Below are positions 1 to 8,191 of a DNA stretch of 64,000 nt, one piece after another (the first letter of the stretch is position 1; each line of letters opens with the position of its first letter). The position numbers and the translations under genes are program-made. The notes under the pieces were generated by a model. It saw nothing but the letters and a program-made list of their open reading frames with translations, ran no database searches and was not told where the DNA came from. Source of the stretch: a virus; the IMG/VR virus record IMGVR_UViG_3300014257_000015, positions 41,430 to 105,429 of that record, one strand, 5' to 3'.

Positions 1-6
1 GTCAGC

Positions 7-1197
7 GTGGTGAAGAAGATCGAAAAATTCGCTGAAGAGCAGAAACAAAAACTCGAAGCAGAAGAAAAAGAAGACTCTGAAGATCTTTCAGCCTCGAAGC
101 CGAGCGAAGGTGGCGATGAACAAGGGAAATCAAAGGCTGGCGGGTTGGAATCGGAAACACAGAAACAAGACGACGGCGAGTTGATAAAAATCGAAGTTGC
201 AGAAGGGGCATTAGGCGAATCGGATACAGCAGACATCAAAGATGAAACAAAAGAGCGAATCAAGGAGATGGTGCGAAGGGACATCGATCTCAACAACCGT
301 TACATCCCGCACCCTGCAGCCGTAGCGAGAGACAAAGTCATCAAACCATTAGGTGACATAGTTGATTACAACCGCTGTCGCGATATCGTTTCTGATCAGA
401 TAACAGGCCTTCGCGGAAAACTTCTTTCGCTCATTCGTTCCAGGCAACCATCGGTTGAATTGTCGGGGCGTCGTCACGGTAAATTGGACACTAGACGTCT
501 GGGAACAATTGCTTCAGGAAACACCAATGTGTTCAAGGTTGAAATTGAAGGTGAGAAGCTGGACACAGCAATCACTGTGCTGATTGACATGTCTGGTTCA
601 ATGGGCAGCGGGCATTGCCCAGGACACCCAGCACACCAAGCCAAATTGATGGCCATTGCGTTGGCAGAAACCTTTGAAGCGCTCCAAATACCTTTTGAAG
701 TGATTGGATTTGAAACTGATACACCAGAACGATGCGTTGGAAAAGAGGAAATAAGTGATGTGTATTCTCGGTATTCTCCGATGTTATACCATGAGTTCAA
801 ATCGTTCGATCAAAAGCACAGAACAGTAAAGCAACGGATGTCTGACATTGCCGGCTCTTTAGACAATGACGACGGCGAGGCGCTTCTGTACGCTGCGAAG
901 CGATTGATCCAACGTGAAGAATCGCGCAAAATCATGTTCGTTCTTTCAGACGGTTGCCCGGCCACCAGAGATGCATCGCACGAAAGGCTAAATGGACACT
1001 TAGTCGAGGCCATCCAGCAGGCAGCATCATGGGGGATTGAGATGTTTGGAATAGGTGCATGCTCTGATCACGTCGAACAGTTCTATACCAAGAAGTTCAA
1101 CAGCAGTTGTATCGTAGTCAAGGACATCAAAACATTGGCAGTCGATGTGTACAAACTGATGCGCGATCGACTCCTGTCGACGAATAGGAGTGTGTGA
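7..1197 (+). CDS. CobT-like VWA (MIDAS) domain protein, probably truncated at the window start
   Basis: MIDAS motif LIDMSGSM, then NDDGEAL..AAKRL and RKIMFVLSDG; acidic linker upstream; typical partner of a phage CobS/MoxR AAA ATPase. Confidence 0.8.
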   Translation: MVKKIEKFAEEQKQKLEAEEKEDSEDLSASKPSEGGDEQGKSKAGGLESETQKQDDGELIKIEVAEGALGESDTADIKDETKERIKEMVRRDIDLNNRYIPHPAAVARDKVIKPLGDIVDYNRCRDIVSDQITGLRGKLLSLIRSRQPSVELSGRRHGKLDTRRLGTIASGNTNVFKVEIEGEKLDTAITVLIDMSGSMGSGHCPGHPAHQAKLMAIALAETFEALQIPFEVIGFETDTPERCVGKEEISDVYSRYSPMLYHEFKSFDQKHRTVKQRMSDIAGSLDNDDGEALLYAAKRLIQREESRKIMFVLSDGCPATRDASHERLNGHLVEAIQQAASWGIEMFGIGACSDHVEQFYTKKFNSSCIVVKDIKTLAVDVYKLMRDRLLSTNRSV

Positions 1198-2381
1198 TGG
1201 CAGTGAACTTCAAAGACGGCTACACAGTGCCATCGCACGTTCGTGAGATGTATCCTGATTTGGAGAAAAATTTGCTGCCATTGATTAAACGTCGAGCACA
1301 ACAAATGCGCCATGCCATACCCGGGATCGACGTGGAAGATGCAATACAAGAGGGGCGTCTTGCTTTGTTGTCTTGTTTGACTCGGTATGATGCTAACAAG
1401 TGTTCGTTTGATTTGAAACGCTACGTGTCCAAGACATTACGCAACACATATGCTATGATGTTGTACGAGGCGTTGGCTCAACGTCGCACTCCTCGGGCAC
1501 ACATACAAGACGGCGAAGGGAATTGGGGTGTTGCGCCGCGTGTCCCGATTAGTCTTGATGAAATGTTGACGTACGAACCTGTTGAAGGCGATCTCAGCCC
1601 CGAGGCGCGCATCATCGAGATGGAGCGATTGAGCTCATGCATTCGAATCAAAATGAAAATGATGGAGATGTTGACCGGGCGAGATCTTGATGTGTTCAAG
1701 TCGATGCTTGAAACGTCGTGCGAATTTCTGGAACCAGAAGAGATCCGACGCATCATAATCAGAGAGGAGCAAAGGAAACAGACGGGCGAACCGCTAAAGC
1801 ACGATGGGTGCTTAGCAGCAGTGGACGCGGCCGGCGGCGACGTAAATTCATTGTCCAATATTTTGGTTGCCAATTATCTCAACATCAACAAGAATATGAT
1901 TGATTGGTCCATCAACAAAATTCGCATGCTGTTCTCCAAATTGGTGAAACAAGAAGAAGTTGAAGCGCCCAATGTCTTGGAGGCGATGGAAAAGCGTGGC
2001 CTTCCAGCAATACAAGTGAATCGAGGAACGCACTTCAGCGCAAGTTTCGTTCGTTCCGTGATGACTGTGCGGAATTTGCGTGACGAAGAGCCGCACATAG
2101 AAATACAGAGCGCATCGCATCGGGGTTGCACAAATTATTGGATGCGGAGGATTGAGCGCCACACGTGGGGGGCGGTGTTGGTCCTGAAACGCGGCGGTGA
2201 ATTTGTTACCGCTGTGATTGAAGGTCGTTTGAATTTGTTGACTGGCGACGTATTCAGCCTTGAATTGGGCGGGGCGAGAGATAAACTGCCGGTTGAATGG
2301 TATCAACAGTTGTCCAGAAGATTGTCGGAGGTGTACGGTGGCCAGGAAAATACGGATGCCACATTGCGTCGGGCAGTATGA
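1194..2381 (+). CDS. RNA polymerase sigma-70 family factor (SigH/ECF-like) with C-terminal extension
   Basis: Region 2-like EDAIQEGRLALL..L.RYD...F..Y; region 4-like HTH LSNILVANYLNINKNMIDWSINKIR. Confidence 0.7.
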   Translation: MMAVNFKDGYTVPSHVREMYPDLEKNLLPLIKRRAQQMRHAIPGIDVEDAIQEGRLALLSCLTRYDANKCSFDLKRYVSKTLRNTYAMMLYEALAQRRTPRAHIQDGEGNWGVAPRVPISLDEMLTYEPVEGDLSPEARIIEMERLSSCIRIKMKMMEMLTGRDLDVFKSMLETSCEFLEPEEIRRIIIREEQRKQTGEPLKHDGCLAAVDAAGGDVNSLSNILVANYLNINKNMIDWSINKIRMLFSKLVKQEEVEAPNVLEAMEKRGLPAIQVNRGTHFSASFVRSVMTVRNLRDEEPHIEIQSASHRGCTNYWMRRIERHTWGAVLVLKRGGEFVTAVIEGRLNLLTGDVFSLELGGARDKLPVEWYQQLSRRLSEVYGGQENTDATLRRAV

Positions 2382-3225
2382 GCCGAAGAATGATGTGTGC
2401 AATGGAGATCCGTCGAAATCGAAGGATACCGAAGATGGTGTGCCGTGTTGGTGTCGCGATAGATGCATAGCACTTCGGTTGTGGTGTGGTGAGCGGGGGA
2501 AAGAACCGGATCACTTTGTTGCCTTGCAAATTGTGAAAGAAAATGGTGTAGAGATGACAGCAGCCGTGCCAAAGATGAGCAACGAGATATTCGCAAACAC
2601 GCTCGATAAAACCATTGCCAATTATGGCGTAATCAACGGACGCATCACCAGACCAAACAAGGGCGGTGCACCAAAGAAGAAAATACAAGCACCCGCGCCA
2701 ACCAGAGGGAAACCTGGCCCGAAGAAGGGGAAGCGGCCTTGTGTTGAGGCAAGAGTGAAATCGCGCCGGGCAGTAATAGCACGTGCGAAAGCTCGACGAG
2801 AAGAGTGCAAGTTGTTGTTCGGCCATTTCAAGAAACATCTGGAGGTGGCCTTGCATGGACAGAAGTGGAGTGCTAGAAATTCAGCTATTGCTGCTGATAG
2901 GCTGTACATTAAAGACAGGTTTGACAATTCCGGCTACGCTACGGTGTATTGCAAAACGAGGATAGGGCGGGATACGCCAGTGGTGACAGCAAGGCTGAAA
3001 ACGGCGACGTTGACCTTGATGATAGGGTTGCCGGTGACTTTAGAACAGCTGGAATCACAGATAGGAAAGGCCACGTGCAAAAAGCTATCCCCATACAGAA
3101 TATTGGACGGATATTTCATCACAGCCGTGAACAACGTCGACAAAGAGCGTGCTGCTTTGATCGCAGAGACTATCGGCCGACTGGTGAAATCAGGTATTAT
3201 AAATTTGCCTGCCGCCGCGCAATGA
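2260..3225 (+). CDS. Hypothetical basic protein with N-terminal Cys cluster (true start probably near 2356)
   Basis: 321-aa ORF between the sigma-like gene and the hairpin; C..C..CWC.DRC cluster; Lys/Arg-rich middle. Confidence 0.6.
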   Translation: MNWAGREINCRLNGINSCPEDCRRCTVARKIRMPHCVGQYEPKNDVCNGDPSKSKDTEDGVPCWCRDRCIALRLWCGERGKEPDHFVALQIVKENGVEMTAAVPKMSNEIFANTLDKTIANYGVINGRITRPNKGGAPKKKIQAPAPTRGKPGPKKGKRPCVEARVKSRRAVIARAKARREECKLLFGHFKKHLEVALHGQKWSARNSAIAADRLYIKDRFDNSGYATVYCKTRIGRDTPVVTARLKTATLTLMIGLPVTLEQLESQIGKATCKKLSPYRILDGYFITAVNNVDKERAALIAETIGRLVKSGIINLPAAAQ

Positions 3226-3241
3226 CGCTGCAGAGCGGGCA

Positions 3242-3295
3242 GGGGCGAGCGATTGGATTCTTGGGCCTTGGCCGGTTCTCTCCAACGCTCGCCCC
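3242..3295 (+). ncRNA. Intergenic stem-loop whose loop is antisense to the shared translation-start motif (candidate regulatory sRNA)
   Basis: Arms GGGGCGAGCG(A)TTGGA 3242-3257 and TCCAACGCTCGCCCC 3281-3295; 23-nt loop contains TGGCCGGTTCTC (3269-3280), the reverse complement of GAGAACCGGCCA. Confidence 0.55.
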
Positions 3296-3313
3296 GATCC
3301 ATCGAGCAAATCC

Positions 3314-4276
3314 ATGAGAAAACGTGTTGTGATAGTTGGGGGTGGAGTCTCAGGGCTCATAGCATCGTATGTGTTCAGCGGAATCCCCGGTGTAGAAACA
3401 AGAGTATTTGAAGAGAAAACAACCGGCGGCGAATTTCTAGCTGGCGGCTTGAAGTACATCCACCACACAGAAGCAATGGTGGATATGTTTGATGAGCTAG
3501 GCCTGTGTCACTCAAATTTCATGGTGAATGGTGGCATATTGTTGAGCGACGTTGTTCAGCCGTACCCAAAGTGCTTCCAAGACATGGCACCCGAACGAGC
3601 CGCCCGCATCCAGGATGACCACTGGAGGAAGACGCGCCGATCAGAGCCGGGTTCTGATTCCAAGAAAGCAATGAATGATCCGGCGAGCACGAAGCCAAGG
3701 CAAGCCCTTCGCTGTGACTTTGTGGATATGATCAATGAGCTATCAGATTGCGCAGCGATCACCAACGCAGCCGTAGTTGAGATCAACCAAAATGATTTGC
3801 TGACCAGCCAGAAAGAACGGGTGCTGTTTGATTTCGCGGTGGTGACTTTGCCGCTGTGGGTGATTAGGGAATTGGTGAAGTGGTATGTGCCGCACGGTAT
3901 GGCTATGGCCCTCAACGTGGCAAAGGTGAATGTTCGCGGGGATCGCTTTGCGCGCTGGGATTACGTCTACACGCCCTACACGCCGTCCAATTGTGTCCAT
4001 CGATTTTCACCGGTGGCAGGCGGATATTCGGTTGAGACGAATGGTGAATTGAATCTTGGTGAAATCGAGTCTGACTTGAATTTCCTTTGGCCTGAAGGTT
4101 GGGCAATGATGGAACTGAAAGAGGGGCTAAAGGGCCACCTGCTTTCATTGGACACTAAGCCTGATTGGCCGCGTAACATAGCACCAATCGGAAGGTTTGC
4201 AAAATGGGACAGCCGGGCAACCATCGATGTAGCGTTGGAAGACTCGATAGCGTTAGCCAAGAGGTGGCTTGGATGA
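3314..4276 (+). CDS. FAD-dependent oxidoreductase (Rossmann fold, UGM/PPO-like superfamily)
   Basis: N-terminal VVIVGGGVSG...VFEE...GG dinucleotide-binding motif; C-terminal IGRFAKW. Confidence 0.75.
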   Translation: MRKRVVIVGGGVSGLIASYVFSGIPGVETRVFEEKTTGGEFLAGGLKYIHHTEAMVDMFDELGLCHSNFMVNGGILLSDVVQPYPKCFQDMAPERAARIQDDHWRKTRRSEPGSDSKKAMNDPASTKPRQALRCDFVDMINELSDCAAITNAAVVEINQNDLLTSQKERVLFDFAVVTLPLWVIRELVKWYVPHGMAMALNVAKVNVRGDRFARWDYVYTPYTPSNCVHRFSPVAGGYSVETNGELNLGEIESDLNFLWPEGWAMMELKEGLKGHLLSLDTKPDWPRNIAPIGRFAKWDSRATIDVALEDSIALAKRWLG

Positions 4277-5220
4277 ATCTTTGGTCAGAGATGTGGGAAA
4301 GGCAGAAGAAGCAACAGGAGCACTTCAACCTCGACCCCAAAGCGATGTCACCAATCGTGAAGGCTGGTGTTGCGAAGGATTTGACGCTGGGATTGCTTGA
4401 AGAGGCGGGGGAGCTTTCGAGGGCTGTGGCTCGATTCAAGGCACACCTTTTGAAAGACAGGCCTGTGGACAAGATCAATGTCTGCGAAGCTTCGGTTGAT
4501 GTGCTGAAATATCTGATAGCGATTGCGCAATTATATGGCGTCTCGTCTGAAGAGATGTTCAACACTTTCATGCGAAAAAGCGACGTTGTTGATGACAAGG
4601 CGCGTTGCGAACGGGTGGAACTGGAGCGCCACACCAAGCTGATTGTGAGTGATCTGGATGGTTGCATTGCAGACCTATCTTCGTGGCAGGACGAAATGGA
4701 TCGACAGCGCGGGAACGCTCCGATGAATGATGCCACATTGGCGATGCTCGAAAAATTGAAAGAGGAGTTTTACAGATGCGGCGGGTTTTTGAATTTGCCG
4801 CCGATACCTGGAGCAATCGAAGCAACCAAGAAGATACGTGAAGCAGGATACAAACTGGCCATCATCACAGCCAGGCCAGACTGGCAATACAAAAGAGTGT
4901 ACGCTGATACAATCCAGTGGCTTCAGAAACACGACATACAATATGATTTGATTTTGTTTCAGAAGGACAAGGCAGAAGCCGTGGTGGATCACATCTTTCC
5001 GGCGCGCCCTCTGTGTTTCGTTGAAGATAGGAGTAAACACGCCATCGAGGTCGCTAGCATTGGTGTGCAAGTGTTGTTTCTGACTTCTGGCAAAAGCGAA
5101 TTGGCGCCTCACCCTTTGATTCAGCGAGTTCAAGGCTGGGGTGAAATCGTCGAGTACATCAATGCAACACAAGATGGGAGAAGTGAATATGGGACACCCA
5201 CATTTGATGGGAACAGTTGA
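4273..5220 (+). CDS. MazG-like NTP pyrophosphatase fused to HAD-family (NT5C-like) nucleotidase
   Basis: MazG EEAGEL...EASVDVL; HAD motif I DLDGCIAD, motif II IITAR, K, motif IV VED. Confidence 0.8.
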   Translation: MNLWSEMWERQKKQQEHFNLDPKAMSPIVKAGVAKDLTLGLLEEAGELSRAVARFKAHLLKDRPVDKINVCEASVDVLKYLIAIAQLYGVSSEEMFNTFMRKSDVVDDKARCERVELERHTKLIVSDLDGCIADLSSWQDEMDRQRGNAPMNDATLAMLEKLKEEFYRCGGFLNLPPIPGAIEATKKIREAGYKLAIITARPDWQYKRVYADTIQWLQKHDIQYDLILFQKDKAEAVVDHIFPARPLCFVEDRSKHAIEVASIGVQVLFLTSGKSELAPHPLIQRVQGWGEIVEYINATQDGRSEYGTPTFDGNS

Positions 5221-6355
5221 GTACAGGCCGGTAACGTTTAGCAGCGGGAATGGCCCTTGGCTGTATGTTTATCATGATGGAGAAACAAAGACAGATTATC
5301 TGGACTTTTTCTGTGATGTCGGAACGTCCAGCCTTGGTTACGGCGGGAAAGAACAACAGGATGTCATTTCCAGGATGTATCATTTGCCTGCTCACGCGCC
5401 GAACATATTTGGCTTCGATGAGCGAGACCGAGCGGCACGGCGCCTTTGTGAAATGACGCAAATGGATCGCGTGTTCTTTTGCAATAGCGGAGCAGAATCA
5501 GTTGAGGCGGCAATCAAACTGGCGCGGCTTTGGTCGTACAAGAAAGGCTGTGGCGCTGATCACATCTACAGTTATGTCGGCGGATTCCATGGGCGGACAT
5601 ACGGGGCGTTGTCCGCCGGTGACGGCGCGCCATATCACTACGAAGGTTTCGGCAAGATGTTGGACGGGGTGTTTCACTTCAAAGAAGCATGGGAAATCAC
5701 AGACCCCGAAACTTGCGCCATCATTCTCGCCCCCTGCTTCGGCAACAACGACATTCGAGAGTACCCGGATGGTTGGTTGAAAGATCTCAGAGAATTCTGT
5801 GACAACAACGGGATTCTACTGATCTTTGATGAGGTGCAAACAGGCTCGGGGCGCACCGGCATGATGACGTACGCGCAACGATGCGGCGTGAAGCCAGACA
5901 TTATGACGTTGGCGAAGGGCATTGGGATGGGTGCCCCTGTAGGTGCCATGTTGGCGTCGGCTGACATCGCCGAAGTGTTCACGCCAGGAACGCATTTCAG
6001 CACATTCGGCGGGAATCCGTTGTCTTGTGCCTTCGTGAATGGGATGTTGGACTGGTTGGAACGTCCTGGAAATCTGGAGTCTGTGAATCGAAAGGGCGAG
6101 TTCATAAAAGAAACATTGCAACGATTCGGATGGGCAAAGAACATTCGCGGCCCAGGAATGCTGATTGGATTTGATATCGACATTGACACATCTGAATTCG
6201 CGGCCCGCTGCTTAGAAAATCAGTTGCTCATCGGGGCCTTTAGAAAGGGGCCTGGGGCTGTAAAAATCAGCCCGCCGCTGAACATCGAAAAAGAAGACAT
6301 CATCAAGGGATTGACCATATTGGATGAATCCTACAAGGAGCTGATCAATGGCTGA
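5189..6355 (+). CDS. Class III PLP-dependent aminotransferase (ArgD/acetylornithine aminotransferase-like)
   Basis: NSGAES, GFHGRT, IFDEVQTG.GRTG, PDIMTLAKG (PLP lysine), HFSTFGGNP; GGGAG RBS before ATG 5189. Confidence 0.9.
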   Translation: MGHPHLMGTVEYRPVTFSSGNGPWLYVYHDGETKTDYLDFFCDVGTSSLGYGGKEQQDVISRMYHLPAHAPNIFGFDERDRAARRLCEMTQMDRVFFCNSGAESVEAAIKLARLWSYKKGCGADHIYSYVGGFHGRTYGALSAGDGAPYHYEGFGKMLDGVFHFKEAWEITDPETCAIILAPCFGNNDIREYPDGWLKDLREFCDNNGILLIFDEVQTGSGRTGMMTYAQRCGVKPDIMTLAKGIGMGAPVGAMLASADIAEVFTPGTHFSTFGGNPLSCAFVNGMLDWLERPGNLESVNRKGEFIKETLQRFGWAKNIRGPGMLIGFDIDIDTSEFAARCLENQLLIGAFRKGPGAVKISPPLNIEKEDIIKGLTILDESYKELING

Positions 6356-7295
6356 GCCGAAAGTCACATTGCTGACTTGGACGAAAGACCCGTTGGAAAC
6401 TGTGTACTCTGTATGGTGGCAGTCGAAGAACGAAAAACCGTTGATGACACCGGATGAGGTGAAAGAAAATGTCCCGCCGTCTGAGGTCGAAGAGCTATTC
6501 AAAGCGGTAATAGCACAACGAATCCCTGTTGGAGAACACCTGGATTTCGTGTTTGTTATGGAGAACGTTTCTGTGTCTTGGCGTGAGCAGGCCGTTCGCC
6601 ACCGCATCGGGGTGAAAGTAGGCGGCGAACGTTTAGGGGTGGACGTAATACCGAACCTGGCTGATTCAAGCTGGTGGTCACAATCCATGCGCATCCAGAA
6701 TATGGGAAGTTTCTTCAGCAACGGCGCATACAGGATGCCAAAATCATTGGATGCTCACCCGGAAGCTAAAGCTGTTTTTTGCGACATCATGTGTGACATC
6801 GAGGCTGCGTACAATAATCTGATTGACATGGGTGTGCCGATGGAAGACGCCAGAGAGGTTATCCCACTCGGCGCGCAACATCGGATCAGCTGGAAGCTTA
6901 ACATAGGCGCTCTCCAGCACATCATGGAAAAGAGAGGTTGCTGGATACTGCAACTTGGAACGTGGGGGCCGATCATTACCGGGATGGTGGATGAGTTGGC
7001 CAACAAGGTTCACCCTGTGTTTCGCGAATTGGTGACGCCGCCTTGCATCCGAGGGGATAAATTCAACTCGTGTGTGTTCATGGAAGAGTGTCGCCGCCGT
7101 TTGACAGGTGATGATGAATTGCCACCGTGCCCACTCCACTACAACTACCACGTTCTGCCTGAATCGCAACGTGGAATGATTCCGCTGTTGGTCAAGAAAT
7201 TGGAAATCCCGATGAAGTCGGAGATGATGCGACGGTCGGAAGATTATGCGAATTTTTGGGGCCGAGATCCGTTCACAGGTGAAAAAATTGTGTGA
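6348..7295 (+). CDS. Divergent flavin-dependent thymidylate synthase (ThyX)-like protein
   Basis: EH..F.F....VS...REQ.VRHR, SQSMR, G.PMEDAREVIP; insertion within the RHR..S motif and a Cys-rich C-terminus. Confidence 0.75.
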   Translation: MAEPKVTLLTWTKDPLETVYSVWWQSKNEKPLMTPDEVKENVPPSEVEELFKAVIAQRIPVGEHLDFVFVMENVSVSWREQAVRHRIGVKVGGERLGVDVIPNLADSSWWSQSMRIQNMGSFFSNGAYRMPKSLDAHPEAKAVFCDIMCDIEAAYNNLIDMGVPMEDAREVIPLGAQHRISWKLNIGALQHIMEKRGCWILQLGTWGPIITGMVDELANKVHPVFRELVTPPCIRGDKFNSCVFMEECRRRLTGDDELPPCPLHYNYHVLPESQRGMIPLLVKKLEIPMKSEMMRRSEDYANFWGRDPFTGEKIV

Positions 7296-7872
7296 CAAGA
7301 TAATCGTGTTGGACGGGGTGAATGGGACAGGGAAATCAACGAGCGCAAAAGTTCTGCGCGAATTGACAGGGTGGCCCATCATACGGGCGTTTCGTGATGA
7401 CTCTGATTCACATCTAGGATACAACGCGCCTATGGAGGGAGAACTCAAAAAACTCGGCGTTCCTGTGAACACATACGTTGATGACTTGTACGTTGCTGAT
7501 TTTTTGCGCGCAACACGGCGAGGAGCGATATTGGATAGATCGATGCCATCGGCATTGGCATATCCGATGATGCGCGGCGAAGAGATAACACCAAAGACAG
7601 CAAAAAAATTGGTTGTTGTTTGGGAGCAGATTCTGCGCGCTGCGAAGATACCTGTGGTTTATGTTTGGATGCAAGCATCGCACGAAGTGGTGAAAGAGCG
7701 TTGTGTTGGACGGTGGCATCCAAACAAAGCACAATACGCCAAATTGGAATCGACTTTCAAGAGAGTTTTCGTGACGTTGTCGCTGTGCAAAAGAAGAGTG
7801 GTGACCACAGAGCTTAGTGAAAACGAAACGATCAAAACCGTTCGCCAGGTGGTGGATGATGCCGACGATTGA
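7279..7872 (+). CDS. dNMP (thymidylate-type) kinase
   Basis: IIVLDGVNGTGKST P-loop; ILDR motif; start approximate. Confidence 0.8.
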   Translation: MKKLCDKIIVLDGVNGTGKSTSAKVLRELTGWPIIRAFRDDSDSHLGYNAPMEGELKKLGVPVNTYVDDLYVADFLRATRRGAILDRSMPSALAYPMMRGEEITPKTAKKLVVVWEQILRAAKIPVVYVWMQASHEVVKERCVGRWHPNKAQYAKLESTFKRVFVTLSLCKRRVVTTELSENETIKTVRQVVDDADD

Positions 7873-8191
7873 TGAAATCAGAGTTTGGTTGAGTGGCCAA
7901 GAGATCGAAGGATTGCCCGCTTTGCGTGAGCGTGAGCGTGAGCCAGAAGCGAAACATCCGCCGAAGGCAATGAAAACGCCTGCCGATATGCGCAACCAAG
8001 GGAGATATCGGCTGCACCGTGATGACTCCGGTCACGTCATCGATGCCACTTTGTATTTTGGAAAGTACAATGGGTTCTGCCTAAGTAAACTTTCAACCAA
8101 TAGAGAAGGGAAGGACTACCTGTCATGGATGTTGAAACAGGACTTCCCTGGTGAATTGGTGGAGTTGATCACCAGTATGGGATGGGCGTGA
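7856..8191 (+). CDS. Small protein with FGKYxG...YL.W domain (ExoX C-terminal/DUF3820-like)
   Basis: LYFGKYNG...YLSWML. Confidence 0.55.
   Translation: MMPTIDEIRVWLSGQEIEGLPALREREREPEAKHPPKAMKTPADMRNQGRYRLHRDDSGHVIDATLYFGKYNGFCLSKLSTNREGKDYLSWMLKQDFPGELVELITSMGWA

Noticed and set aside
5189-6355. Calling the aminotransferase argD (arginine biosynthesis auxiliary gene)
   Set aside because: The family is clear, but no other arg genes are present and it is coupled to nucleotide enzymes, so no symbol was assigned.
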